Origin: a bacterium
GTDB taxonomy: Bacteria; Electryoneota; JAOADG01
Direction of reading: 5' to 3'
DNA length: 64,000 bases
NCBI GenBank assembly: GCA_963681965.1
Contig: OY820579.1
Span: forward strand, 1,504,001 to 1,568,000
In this document: piece by piece, positions 47,950-58,093 of the stretch
Layout of the letters: each line of letters opens with the position of its first letter
Numbering within the stretch: position 1 is the stretch's first letter
The notes under the pieces: generated by a model
The model's database searches: none
What the model was told of the DNA's origin: nothing
The model's input: the letters and a program-made list of their open reading frames with translations, nothing else
Translations under genes and position numbers: made by a program

Positions 47950-48879
47950 ATGGCAAAATATTCGAATATTTTTATGGTTATGTTCCTGTATTTACTTCTT
48001 CATACAAATGCGTTTGCGATGACAGAAGTACACGTTAACAGAACATCTGAAGGTTATGGTCCACGGATTTGGGTGGGTAATGGGTATGCACATTGCTTTG
48101 CCCCGTATAATTCGCCAATTGAATTCAATGTTCAAAACTCAACTCGATTTTCCGACACCCTTTCGCTTCACATTTATTTATCGTCGGGTATTCAAAAATT
48201 ATCTGGTGACTTAAATTGGCAGGGATATGTATCAAAATTTAAACTATATGGTGAAACATTATCCCTTCAGATAAATTCCGATGGGCTACACACGGTAGTC
48301 ACAACGATCCAATTTCCACTCGATACGATTGTTTACCCGTATATCGACACTACTTACTTCTACGCTAAGGATGGTTTTGTTCGTTACGTCCGAGGTTCAT
48401 TTCAAGAGCGAGACCGCGCATGGATCGATAGTGTTGTACAAATTGAAAAGGTTAGAGGTAACCTTTCCGATATGATGAAAGTGAATGATATTAACATAAT
48501 AGCTTACCAAACTGCAGCTCTTCAATGTGTGATTGGAGGATGGATAAGTAATTACTACGGTTCGGGATACCCGGATTCAATTTCCAAAATAATCTGCGAA
48601 AACCAACTACTCGCATCACCACCGCGACTTGAATTAGTGGATGCATACTTAAATCGGGATTCCGAACCGTATTATTCAAACAGCAAACATACCGAATTGA
48701 TCGCATTGGTTAAGCAACAATTGAGTGATTTATATGCGCTCGATCAGCAAATTATTGGAACTACGAGTGATACAGTACGGCGTCAATTGCTGCTACAGCG
48801 AAATGGTTTACAACAAATTCAGTTAAAAGCTCGGCAGAACTTACTTAATGAAACCTCTGATTTAATCCCACGTTTTTGA
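47950..48879 (+). CDS. Hypothetical secreted protein; last 9 aa supplied by the IS5 end
   Basis: GAGGA RBS, signal peptide, AT-rich; no recognisable domain. Confidence 0.7.
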   Translation: MAKYSNIFMVMFLYLLLHTNAFAMTEVHVNRTSEGYGPRIWVGNGYAHCFAPYNSPIEFNVQNSTRFSDTLSLHIYLSSGIQKLSGDLNWQGYVSKFKLYGETLSLQINSDGLHTVVTTIQFPLDTIVYPYIDTTYFYAKDGFVRYVRGSFQERDRAWIDSVVQIEKVRGNLSDMMKVNDINIIAYQTAALQCVIGGWISNYYGSGYPDSISKIICENQLLASPPRLELVDAYLNRDSEPYYSNSKHTELIALVKQQLSDLYALDQQIIGTTSDTVRRQLLLQRNGLQQIQLKARQNLLNETSDLIPRF

Positions 48880-50067
48880 TGATTATCTCGTATTGCCGTT
48901 AGAGCCTATAACGGAGTTTACAATGTCCCTCGTTCCCTCTACCCGCGAATGGATTACCTTCGGTGAACTAGACGATCAGTGTCGCCGTCACAAGAAGAGC
49001 ATGCTTGATGAGATCGATCGGTTGATCGATTTTCGTCCGATCGAGTCGCTGCTAATGCGGATGTACCGCGGCACCCGCGGTCGCCCCCCGATCCCGCCGT
49101 TGATGTTGTTCAAAGCGTTGCTGTTGGAACAATGGTACGGTCTGTCGGATGTACAAGTGGTGCAGGAGATCCACGACCGACGCAGCTTCGAACGGTTTAT
49201 CGGTTTTACCGTTCGCGATTATCTGTTGGACGATTCGACCCTGGTTCGGTTCCGTCAACGGTTGCGCGACTTTCGTTACGAGAAGGAATTGTTCAATGAA
49301 TTGAACCGTCAGTTGGCTTCGTTCGGTCTATTCGTTCGCAGTTGTACACTGGTCGACGCGACATTGGTCAAGGGTGCCACGACTGCGGGCTCCACCCGTG
49401 CCGACGGTACTCCGGTCGACCCCGATGTAACCATCACGGTCCGCAAAGATAAACCGGTCGACGGGATGAAAGTGCATGTTTCGATGGATCATGAAAGCGA
49501 GCTGATCGAAGCAGTCGACTTGACATCGAATATTGTTCACGACTCGCAGGTGTTCGAGGCATTGCTTCCCGACGACACCGGTGGCGTGTTTGCCGACAAG
49601 GCGTACGATTCGACGGCACACCGCAACTTGATTCACGCCCGCCACTGGTACGACGGCATTCTTCACAAGGCAAGACGCAATCGTCGCTTGACGGAACATG
49701 AGCGATGCCGCAATCGATCCAACTCACGGATCCGAAGCCGGATCGAAGCCAAGATGAACGACTTGAAGCGGTGGGGACACCTCGCGCGTTTGCGCTATTA
49801 CGGTATCGAACGGAATCTGACACAAGTCTACTTTACCGCCATGGCAGTGAACTTGAAACGGGCCTGCAAACTGGTGCTGGTAACCTGAAAAACGATAAAT
49901 CGGAGAGTGAACTCTGCCCAAGCAGCAGAAATCACCGAAAATCATCAAAAAATCCAACCAAAATCGACCCCAATTACACTAAAATTTGCAATTCATTTCG
50001 AAAATCGTCGAAATCAGACTGATGAGGCAAAAGAGAGTGATACAAAAGTGATTTTTTCAGAGGTTTC
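48850..50067 (+). mobile_element. IS5-family insertion sequence (1218 bp)
   Basis: IRs GAAACCTCTGAtttAATC / GAAACCTCTGAaaaAATC; direct repeat TTAAT at 48845-48849 and 50068-50072. Confidence 0.88.
48923..49888 (+). CDS. IS5-family transposase
   Basis: 'GRPPIPPLMLFKALLLEQWYGLSD', 'VDATLV', 'ADKAYDS', 'RSRIE'; GGAG RBS before the ATG at 48923. Confidence 0.92.
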   Translation: MSLVPSTREWITFGELDDQCRRHKKSMLDEIDRLIDFRPIESLLMRMYRGTRGRPPIPPLMLFKALLLEQWYGLSDVQVVQEIHDRRSFERFIGFTVRDYLLDDSTLVRFRQRLRDFRYEKELFNELNRQLASFGLFVRSCTLVDATLVKGATTAGSTRADGTPVDPDVTITVRKDKPVDGMKVHVSMDHESELIEAVDLTSNIVHDSQVFEALLPDDTGGVFADKAYDSTAHRNLIHARHWYDGILHKARRNRRLTEHERCRNRSNSRIRSRIEAKMNDLKRWGHLARLRYYGIERNLTQVYFTAMAVNLKRACKLVLVT

Positions 50068-50093
50068 TTAATTAGTATCGTTTTGTTATTCCA

Positions 50094-50426
50094 TTGTATC
50101 GATCATCTCTGAAACAATTTCAACATCCAGTTACTTGCTCATCCAGCACTCAAGCTTTCTTTTCGCTTCTGACTGATTCATCTCAATCAGAAAATCGAAA
50201 GGAAGTTCGCGGAAGATTGCTTTTCAAAACTTATCCGAATGGGGGTTCTCTAACAGAAACAGATGCTGGATTGATCGCGTTAGTCAAGCAACAATTGATG
50301 GAGCTATATCAACTCGATCAGCAGATTATTAATGCGACTAATCCGACGACTCGTCAACAACTTCTCTGGCGACGTTCCTCGCTCATCGACCAACAAAACC
50401 AAGCCCGTCGAGATTTTCTTAAATGA
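50094..50426 (+). pseudogene. Fragment paralogous to the C-terminus of the 47950 protein
   Basis: 'LIALVKQQLMELYQLDQQII...RQQLL' vs 'LIALVKQQLSDLYALDQQII...RRQLL'; no good start or signal peptide. Confidence 0.55.
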
Positions 50427-50705
50427 GGATCCAGTGCAAAAATAATTTGTCGGTACCGATGATAGAAGAGACGCATCATTCCCTTTCTCATTGATCTGTA
50501 AAGTGAGTGAAATTAGAAAGATTCATTTAGTAAAAATTACCAACTCTACTAGATCAGCTCCTTTATATTGGTTACTCACTCTTAAACACGCATCTACATA
50601 CTTCGACAGCCAATGCTCCATAACTGTACAATAATGTAACATTAATAGACACTCGCAAGTACTTAAAAACGCAACCGACTATTGATTATTAATGATATAG
50701 AGTTG

Positions 50706-50721
50706 TGGAACAGACTTTGCT
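50706..50721 (+). promoter_or_regulatory. Putative sigma54 (-24/-12) promoter
   Basis: TGGAACAGACTTTGCT, GG-N10-GC spacing, just upstream of the 50748 ATG; an NtrC-family gene lies downstream of the operon. Confidence 0.6.
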
Positions 50722-50747
50722 CTCCAAAATGCATCTGGAGACAATAC

Positions 50748-52001
50748 ATGGATCGCATCCTCGAAAAAAAGAAGTGGCACCAGAAGCGGTCATTTCGCAT
50801 CGGTTTACTACTGACATCAACCATTCTGATTCTTTATCTGGTCGTATTTGTTTACTTCCGAATGGGGCAACGCGTATCGGTGGATCGCTTGACCATTTCC
50901 ACCGTCACCGAAAGCGAATTTCAGGAACTGATCGCTGCAACTGGTATCGTGCAGCCGATACGAACGATTTATCTGGACGTGGTCGAAGGGGGACGGGTCG
51001 AGGAAATCTTCGCCGAAGATGGTCAGGAATTGAAAGCGGGACAACCAATCCTGCGAATGGCAAATTCCAATTTGGTGCTCGATATCATGTACCGCGAAGC
51101 GCAACTCTACGAACAGGAAAACAATCTTCGCAACACCCGGATCTCGATGGATCAGCGCCGTCTCGATCTCCAAATCCAACTGAACGACCTCAATTACGAA
51201 GCCTCGAAACAAGCACGCGACAAACTTACTGCCGATGCGCTCCACAACAAAAATTTGATTTCGACACAAGAGTATCGCGATATCGACGATAAGGCGAGTT
51301 ATTTGGCAAAGCGCCGTGATCTACTGACGGAGAGCGCATTGAAAGATTCCTCCTTCCGCGCAGAACAGGTTCGACAATTGGAAGAATCGATGAAGCGGAT
51401 GGAAAATAATCTCGAATTGGTGAAAAAGAATCAAGAGAATTTAATCGTCCGGTCACCGATCGACGGACAATTGTCGGCGCTGAGTGCCGAAATCGGTCAA
51501 ACGAAACCTCAGGGGCAGCGCTTGGGTCAAATCGACGATATGACCGCCTTCAAGATTCGTGCGACGATCGATGAACACTATGTCGCGCGCGTGACGTTGG
51601 GAAAGCGAGCATCTTTTTCCTTCAATGGCAAAGAGTGGCAATTGGAAGTAAAGAAAATTTATCCCGAAGTAAAAAACGGTCAATTCGAAGTCGATCTGGC
51701 GTTTGTGAAAGAAGTACCTGACGGTATTCGTCGCGGGCAATCGGTGCAGTTGTCACTCGCGCTAAGCGATCCTGCGAAAGCATTAATCCTTCAGCGCGGT
51801 GGATATTTCAACTCGACCGGCGGACAGTGGGTATTCGTCCTTGATAAAAGCGGAACCCGCGCTCACCGACGGACGGTTAAATTTGGACGGCAGAACTTAA
51901 CGGAATATGAAATTCTAGACGGATTACTAGCAGGCGAAAGTGTCATCACATCGCAATACGATGGATTTCTATCCAGCAATCAATTGATTTTGACTAAGTG
52001 A
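50748..52001 (+). CDS. Efflux periplasmic adaptor (HlyD/MacA-like membrane fusion protein)
   Basis: N-terminal TM; 'GIVQP..TIYLDVVEGGRVEEI', coiled coil, 'VRSPIDGQL'; GGAG RBS. Confidence 0.88.
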   Translation: MDRILEKKKWHQKRSFRIGLLLTSTILILYLVVFVYFRMGQRVSVDRLTISTVTESEFQELIAATGIVQPIRTIYLDVVEGGRVEEIFAEDGQELKAGQPILRMANSNLVLDIMYREAQLYEQENNLRNTRISMDQRRLDLQIQLNDLNYEASKQARDKLTADALHNKNLISTQEYRDIDDKASYLAKRRDLLTESALKDSSFRAEQVRQLEESMKRMENNLELVKKNQENLIVRSPIDGQLSALSAEIGQTKPQGQRLGQIDDMTAFKIRATIDEHYVARVTLGKRASFSFNGKEWQLEVKKIYPEVKNGQFEVDLAFVKEVPDGIRRGQSVQLSLALSDPAKALILQRGGYFNSTGGQWVFVLDKSGTRAHRRTVKFGRQNLTEYEILDGLLAGESVITSQYDGFLSSNQLILTK

Positions 52002-52011
52002 GGATGTAACC

Positions 52012-52707
52012 ATGTCAATGCTTCAAATTAAAAAATTAACCAAAATCTATTCCACTGAGGAAATCGAAACGGCAGCGTTGAACGAAGTCGATTTCGAAGT
52101 CCGGCAAGGGGAATTCGTCGCAGTGATGGGACCGTCCGGATGCGGTAAATCGACCCTGCTGAACGTATTGGGACTCCTCGATAGCCCATCGACTGGTGAA
52201 TATCTCTTCATGGGTGAGGATGTTGCGAAGTACAATGAGAAGCAACGCGCAGTCGTCCGCAAAAAACATATCGGATTTGTATTCCAGAGCTTCAATCTGA
52301 TCGATGAATTGTCGGTTTTCGAAAATGTCGAACTACCATTGCTCTATTTGAACGTTCCTGCCGATGAGCGCAAGAAACGAGTGAATGAAGTACTGGAACA
52401 GATGCAAATCATGAGCCGGAAAAATCACTACCCGCAACAACTGTCCGGTGGTCAGCAGCAGCGAGTCGCCGTCGGTCGTGCGGTAGTCGCGAAACCGAAA
52501 TTGATCCTTGCCGACGAACCGACGGGAAACCTCGACTCATCCCACGGCGATGAAGTGATGTCGCTATTGTCGGAGTTGAACAATGCCGGAACTACGATCG
52601 TGATGGTCACGCACTCGCCGTCGTATGCCGAGCGCAGTCATCGCGTTGTTCACCTGTTCGATGGTTCGATCGTTACCGAAAATACTTTGTCGAGACCTTT
52701 GATATAG
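52012..52707 (+). CDS. ABC transporter ATP-binding protein (MacB/LolD type)
   Basis: GPSGCGKST, 'GFVFQSFNLI', LSGGQQQR, 'LADEPTGNLDS', VTH. Confidence 0.96.
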   Translation: MSMLQIKKLTKIYSTEEIETAALNEVDFEVRQGEFVAVMGPSGCGKSTLLNVLGLLDSPSTGEYLFMGEDVAKYNEKQRAVVRKKHIGFVFQSFNLIDELSVFENVELPLLYLNVPADERKKRVNEVLEQMQIMSRKNHYPQQLSGGQQQRVAVGRAVVAKPKLILADEPTGNLDSSHGDEVMSLLSELNNAGTTIVMVTHSPSYAERSHRVVHLFDGSIVTENTLSRPLI

Positions 52708-52726
52708 CAGATATACGGAGGAAATA

Positions 52727-53002
52727 ATGCCGGATATCACCATTCCGCTACCGAAATGCGGTAACGGTAAAACAGCGGAAATTACTATCGAAGTAAGTTG
52801 TAAATCGACGCGAGAAACTTTCAAAGTAATGATGGTTTCACGCGAAGAGGAATCCGAAGAAGGTCGAATTCAACGGGTGCAACAAATCGTCGATACCGAA
52901 ACGAAAGAGTGGCAATTGATCACAATCGGCGATCCAGGCATTACCTGTATTCCGATCTTGTTTCGGCATCGCGATACGACCGATAATCCAACGAATGCAT
53001 GA
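52727..53002 (+). CDS. Small hypothetical protein within the ABC operon
   Basis: Strong GGAGG RBS; fills the gap between the ATPase and permease genes. Confidence 0.6.
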   Translation: MPDITIPLPKCGNGKTAEITIEVSCKSTRETFKVMMVSREEESEEGRIQRVQQIVDTETKEWQLITIGDPGITCIPILFRHRDTTDNPTNA

Positions 53003-53035
53003 TCCTGGGATAACGACGATGGGAGCAACGATTTT

Positions 53036-55444
53036 ATGAATGCACACTTTATCCGGGTAGCAATCCGAAATATTCGGAGAAATCTAACGTTCTCGCTGAT
53101 CAACATCGCGGGATTGGCGATCGGTATGGCAGTTTGCTTGACGATTATGCTCTACCTCCAATTTGAATTGTCGTTCGATCGTTTTCATCCCGATCTAAAT
53201 CGAACATACCGCATTATTACTCGTGACAATACCCCCGGTTCGTCGTTGAGTTACATCGGCTTGGCACATGTTCCGCTCGGTGAAACCGCACAGCATACTT
53301 ATCCCGAAGTCGAAAGTATGTGTCGTGTGTCAAAACCGGTTGAATTGGTCTTAACTCTTGAATCGAATCGGCAAATTCACATCGATCAATACCGCTCAGT
53401 CGATTCTAATTTCTTTCAATTCTTCAATTTCAAATTATGGAAGGGTTCCCCCGACAAAGTATTTCTGAGTCCTTCGGCGTTGGTTATCTCCCGAAGCATG
53501 GCGAAGAAAATGTTCGGCGAGGAAGAGGCATTTGGAAAGACGGTAAAATCCGGCGACGGCAGAAGCTGGAAGATCGACGGAATCGCCGATGATCCACCAG
53601 CGAATAGTCACATCCAGTTTGAAGCAATGACCAGCTTTGTCTCCTACGATACCGAAGTTCGCAAACAGCCGAAAGAAATCATCGATAAAATCGAGAAAGC
53701 CAATTGGAAAGTACTTGGGTATCCCACCTATCTAAAAATGAAACCGGGTGCTTCGATTGCTGGTTTCGATAAAAAGATGTACAAAATTCTCAACGACAAT
53801 GGAGTTGAAAAAAAATTCGTACCCTTCTTACAACCGATGAAAGAAACGCATCTATTTTCCACCAATATCGTTTACGACTACAACGACAAGAAAAACGATG
53901 CCTCACTCATTTACACGTTAGCAGGTATTGCAATATTGATACTGACTATTGCTGCCGTCAATTATATCAATCTTAGTACTTCGCGTGCCTCGCTTCGGGC
54001 AAAAGAGGTGGGTCTGCGCAAAGTAGTCGGTTCCGATCGCAAGCAGCTCATTCAGCAATTTCTGGGTGAATCGGTATTCATATCGCTGATTGCTTTGCTG
54101 ATTGCGATTTCGATTGCGGAGTTATTACTCCCGTGGATCAATGAGATCACCGGCTATCAGTTACACTTAAGCATCTTTAAAAATGGCTGGTTGGTGCTTT
54201 GCATGGTGGGTATGGTTGCGTTTACCGGTTTGTTGGCAGGGTTGTATCCGGCATTCGTCATGTCGTCTTTCAAACCGGTGATCGTGCTGAAAGGAGCGTT
54301 TCACTCCGGTTCGAAAGGTCGAATTCTTCGAAGGCTGCTGGTTGTCTTTCAATTTGCTCTGTCGATTGGAATTATCTGTAGCACGATCATTGTCAATCGT
54401 CAGATCCGCTACATCCAAACCAAAGATCTGGGGTACAATCGCGAGCAAGTATTAAAACTGAATATGACGCATCCACGGTTCGGGCAATCGATGAAAGCGT
54501 TTAAAAACGAATTGAAAGCATCACCATACGTTGTCGATTGTTCCAATTCGCAAGTTGTGCCGCCAATGAATTACTTTCATCTGCAAATTCGCAATGAGCA
54601 TGATAGCAAGTATGAAGCGATTTTGTGGAATCAATACCCGGTCGATTATCGGTTTATCTCGACTTTGAAAATGAAAGTCGTATTGGGACGCGAGTTTGAC
54701 CCGAACCTTCCATCCGATACAACCGATGCAGTAATGATCAATGAAGAAGGGGTGCGCAACCTCGGTTTGAAAGACCCGATCGGGAAACGAATCTATGCCG
54801 ATGCCGATACGATCCCGCTTCGAATTATCGGTGTGCTGCAGGACTTTCACACGGCTTCAATGCGTCAGAAAATTGAACCGATGGTCATGTTCCTCTGGAG
54901 CCAACCGATGCAATTCGTGAGTATCCGACTCAAGGGTGGTTCGGTAAAGACTGCAGTTGAGAATGTTGAATCGATCTGGAAGAAAGTATATCCCGGTTTT
55001 CCGTTCGAATACAAATTCCTCGATGAAGAATTCGATCGGTTGTACCGGCAAGATATCAATTTTGCTAAGATCACCAATGCCTTTTCGATTCTGGCAATCT
55101 TTATCGCATGTCTTGGGTTATATGGTTTAGTATCGCATACGACCGAACAACGTCGAAATGAAATCGGTATGCGTAAAGTATTGGGCGCTTCTTCGGGACA
55201 GATTGTTTCGATACTGGTATTCGATTATTTGAAATGGATTGCCTTGGCAAATGTCATCGCATGGCCGATTGCGTATTGGGTAAGCGAACGGTGGCTCTCC
55301 GGATTTGAATACCACATCGTTCAGCCGCTCGCAATCTATCCGTTAATCGGTATCGGGGCATTGGCAATATCGGTTCTCGCAGTCTATTCGCATGTATTGC
55401 GTGCTGCTTCCGCCAATCCCATCAATTCATTGCGCTACGAATAG
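53036..55444 (+). CDS. ABC permease, duplicated MacB/FtsX type
   Basis: 'SLINIAGLAIG', 'NYINLSTSRA..RAKEVGLRKVVGS', 'RRNEIGMRKVLGAS', 'NPINSLRYE'. Confidence 0.93.
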   Translation: MNAHFIRVAIRNIRRNLTFSLINIAGLAIGMAVCLTIMLYLQFELSFDRFHPDLNRTYRIITRDNTPGSSLSYIGLAHVPLGETAQHTYPEVESMCRVSKPVELVLTLESNRQIHIDQYRSVDSNFFQFFNFKLWKGSPDKVFLSPSALVISRSMAKKMFGEEEAFGKTVKSGDGRSWKIDGIADDPPANSHIQFEAMTSFVSYDTEVRKQPKEIIDKIEKANWKVLGYPTYLKMKPGASIAGFDKKMYKILNDNGVEKKFVPFLQPMKETHLFSTNIVYDYNDKKNDASLIYTLAGIAILILTIAAVNYINLSTSRASLRAKEVGLRKVVGSDRKQLIQQFLGESVFISLIALLIAISIAELLLPWINEITGYQLHLSIFKNGWLVLCMVGMVAFTGLLAGLYPAFVMSSFKPVIVLKGAFHSGSKGRILRRLLVVFQFALSIGIICSTIIVNRQIRYIQTKDLGYNREQVLKLNMTHPRFGQSMKAFKNELKASPYVVDCSNSQVVPPMNYFHLQIRNEHDSKYEAILWNQYPVDYRFISTLKMKVVLGREFDPNLPSDTTDAVMINEEGVRNLGLKDPIGKRIYADADTIPLRIIGVLQDFHTASMRQKIEPMVMFLWSQPMQFVSIRLKGGSVKTAVENVESIWKKVYPGFPFEYKFLDEEFDRLYRQDINFAKITNAFSILAIFIACLGLYGLVSHTTEQRRNEIGMRKVLGASSGQIVSILVFDYLKWIALANVIAWPIAYWVSERWLSGFEYHIVQPLAIYPLIGIGALAISVLAVYSHVLRAASANPINSLRYE

Positions 55445-55500
55445 CAATACGTTTCAGGATCACTGTCGATGAAAATTGATTAAAAAGTGAGGATCCAAAA

Positions 55501-57915
55501 TTGATTAAGCACTATTTCACGATTGCCACTAGAAATCTGATGAAAAATAAACTGTTTTCACTGATCAATCTCTCGGGATTGGCAATGGGAATGGCGGCTT
55601 GTATTCTCATTTTACTTTACTTGCAATTCGAACTCTCATTTGATCGGAATATCCCGAATTCGGATCGAGTATATCGTATTCTGACAATCGATAAAGGGCA
55701 GGGTGTATCTAGTCAGTATGTGGCGATCGCTTTGCCTCCATTAGGACCAACGCTCGTACAATCATTCCCCGAAGTCGAATCTTATTGCCGTCTCACCGGT
55801 GGTGGACCACAAGTATTGGAGGTCACACCGACTCGTCAAATCGAAGTCAATATTCAACGTAGTGCCGATTCAACGTTATTCGATGTTTTTGGATTCAAAT
55901 TATTGAAAGGGAATCCCAAAACTGCTTTGACAAAACCGTATACCGGAGTGATCACTGAATCGCTTGCAAAAATTGTTTTCGGATCCGCCGATCCGATGGG
56001 AAAAACCATTAAATTGAGTTCGGGTTTGCAAGCGACAGTCACCGGAGTTGCCGAAGATCTTCCGGAAAACAGTCATATCACATTCGATATCGTGCTTTCG
56101 ATGAAAACGCTTGAAGCCTTGCAAAAGGCGGGTTTACCACCGGGAAACACCGGACCGACTTTTCTTGAAAGTTGGACCAATTTAGGTCTTCCGACATATG
56201 TCCGGTTGAAACAAGGCAGCTCAGCGGCAACGTTCGAAAAGAAAGTTAACAAGTTGTATCGCGAAAAAGGGGTACCGGAACCATGGATCCCTTCAGTTCA
56301 ACCAGTTCAAGATGTCCACTTGAAATCGACCGGAATCATCTTCGATACGAATGCGTTAAAAGGAGATGCATCGTCAATCTACACGCTGTCGGCGGTGGCA
56401 ATCCTTATCCTGTTGATTGCATCGGTTAATTACATGAATCTCAGTACCGCAAGAGTCACATCCCGAGCGAAAGAAGTCGGTTTAAGGAAAGTTGTCGGAT
56501 CGGAACGGGCGCAATTGATTTGGCAATTTATCGGCGAATCGATCCTGTTGGCGACTCTCTCAATGATTGTGGCGATTGCATTCGCAGAACTCATGTTGCC
56601 CTGGTTGAATGGATTGACTGGTTATCACCTCAAGATGAATTACTTCCATAACCCGGTATTAATTCTCTGCGAAATTGGATTGATTTTGATCGTGGGCGTA
56701 TTGGCAGGATTTTACCCGGCTTTGGTACTTTCAGGTTTCAAACCGATCGATGTATTAAAAGGTGCTTTCCACTCGTCTCATAAGGGTCAATCGTTACGAC
56801 GGATACTAGTGGTTTTTCAGTTTACACTCTCGATTGGGCTGATCTGTGGAACGATTGTAGTGAATAAGCAATTGCACTTCATCTGGACGAAAGACCAAGG
56901 GTATAATCGCGAACAGGTATTGATCTTGAATCTCGGCAGTGCAAAAGTAGCGCCGCGAGCGTCAGCAATTCGGGCAGATCTAAATGCATCGTCATTTGTG
57001 GTTTCCACCGGAACAACGGTTTCCACACCGGGTAGTCAATTCAGTCGAAATAATGCCAGACTAGAAAACGATCCAAGTACAATGACGCGCATCTGGAGTC
57101 AAACTGTCGTCGATTACGATTTCATGAAAACACTGGACATGAAAATCATCAAAGGGCGAGGCTTCTCCCGCGATTATCCGGGAGATTCGCTTCAATCCGT
57201 TGTGATTAACGAAGCAGCTGCCAGAGAGATGGGTACGAGCGATCCGGTAGGAAAGAAAATTTATCAAGGTAGCGCAGATTCGGTTGGCGCGACTGTAATC
57301 GGGGTAGTAAAAGATTTCCATTTCGCTTCGATCCGCGAAAAAGTCGAACCGATGATCATCTTTCTCTTTCCTCGCGAATTAAACCTACTCTGTGTAAGAC
57401 TAAAATCCGGATCGGTAAAGGCTGCGATGGTAAATGTCGAATCGATTTGGAAAAAACAGTGTCCGGGTTATCCATTCTCTTACCGATTTATGGATCAAGA
57501 TTTCGAACGGATGTACCGTCAGGAAATCAACTTCTCCAGTATCGTCAATGCGTTTTCCGGTCTGGCAATCTTTATTGCCTGTTTGGGTTTGTACGGTCTT
57601 GCATCGCACAGCACCGAGCAACGTCGCAAGGAAATCGGTATTCGAAAAGTCATGGGGGCATCGGTTATTACGATCACACGATTATTGATTATTGATTTTA
57701 TCAAGTGGGTTCTACTTGCCAATGTGATTGCGTGGCCGGTAGCATATTGGGTGTCGGACCGATGGTTGGCAAATTACCAATATCGAATCGATCAATCTTT
57801 ACTCATCTTTCCGTTAGCAGGAACGATAGCTTTGTTGATTGCGATAATCTCGATTTATCTCCATGTCTGGCGCGCTGCGCGGGAGAATCCAATCAAATCG
57901 ATACGCTACGAATAA
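55501..57915 (+). CDS. ABC permease, duplicated MacB/FtsX type (paralog)
   Basis: Same motif set as the 53036 gene; ends 'NPIKSIRYE'. Confidence 0.93.
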   Translation: MIKHYFTIATRNLMKNKLFSLINLSGLAMGMAACILILLYLQFELSFDRNIPNSDRVYRILTIDKGQGVSSQYVAIALPPLGPTLVQSFPEVESYCRLTGGGPQVLEVTPTRQIEVNIQRSADSTLFDVFGFKLLKGNPKTALTKPYTGVITESLAKIVFGSADPMGKTIKLSSGLQATVTGVAEDLPENSHITFDIVLSMKTLEALQKAGLPPGNTGPTFLESWTNLGLPTYVRLKQGSSAATFEKKVNKLYREKGVPEPWIPSVQPVQDVHLKSTGIIFDTNALKGDASSIYTLSAVAILILLIASVNYMNLSTARVTSRAKEVGLRKVVGSERAQLIWQFIGESILLATLSMIVAIAFAELMLPWLNGLTGYHLKMNYFHNPVLILCEIGLILIVGVLAGFYPALVLSGFKPIDVLKGAFHSSHKGQSLRRILVVFQFTLSIGLICGTIVVNKQLHFIWTKDQGYNREQVLILNLGSAKVAPRASAIRADLNASSFVVSTGTTVSTPGSQFSRNNARLENDPSTMTRIWSQTVVDYDFMKTLDMKIIKGRGFSRDYPGDSLQSVVINEAAAREMGTSDPVGKKIYQGSADSVGATVIGVVKDFHFASIREKVEPMIIFLFPRELNLLCVRLKSGSVKAAMVNVESIWKKQCPGYPFSYRFMDQDFERMYRQEINFSSIVNAFSGLAIFIACLGLYGLASHSTEQRRKEIGIRKVMGASVITITRLLIIDFIKWVLLANVIAWPVAYWVSDRWLANYQYRIDQSLLIFPLAGTIALLIAIISIYLHVWRAARENPIKSIRYE

Positions 57916-58093
57916 GTGTGTAACTATTTGATCCATTAATCATCTTATTTGTATTAAATCAGTTAATATTTAAAGAGTTGTTGTTTATCCAAGATTTAAC
58001 ACGTTACTCCGGAAGTGCGGAATATGTGAGAAAGGTGCAACGTTTACTATGTTCGATACATCTAACGTGATAGATAGAAAAGAGCGAGTCAAT

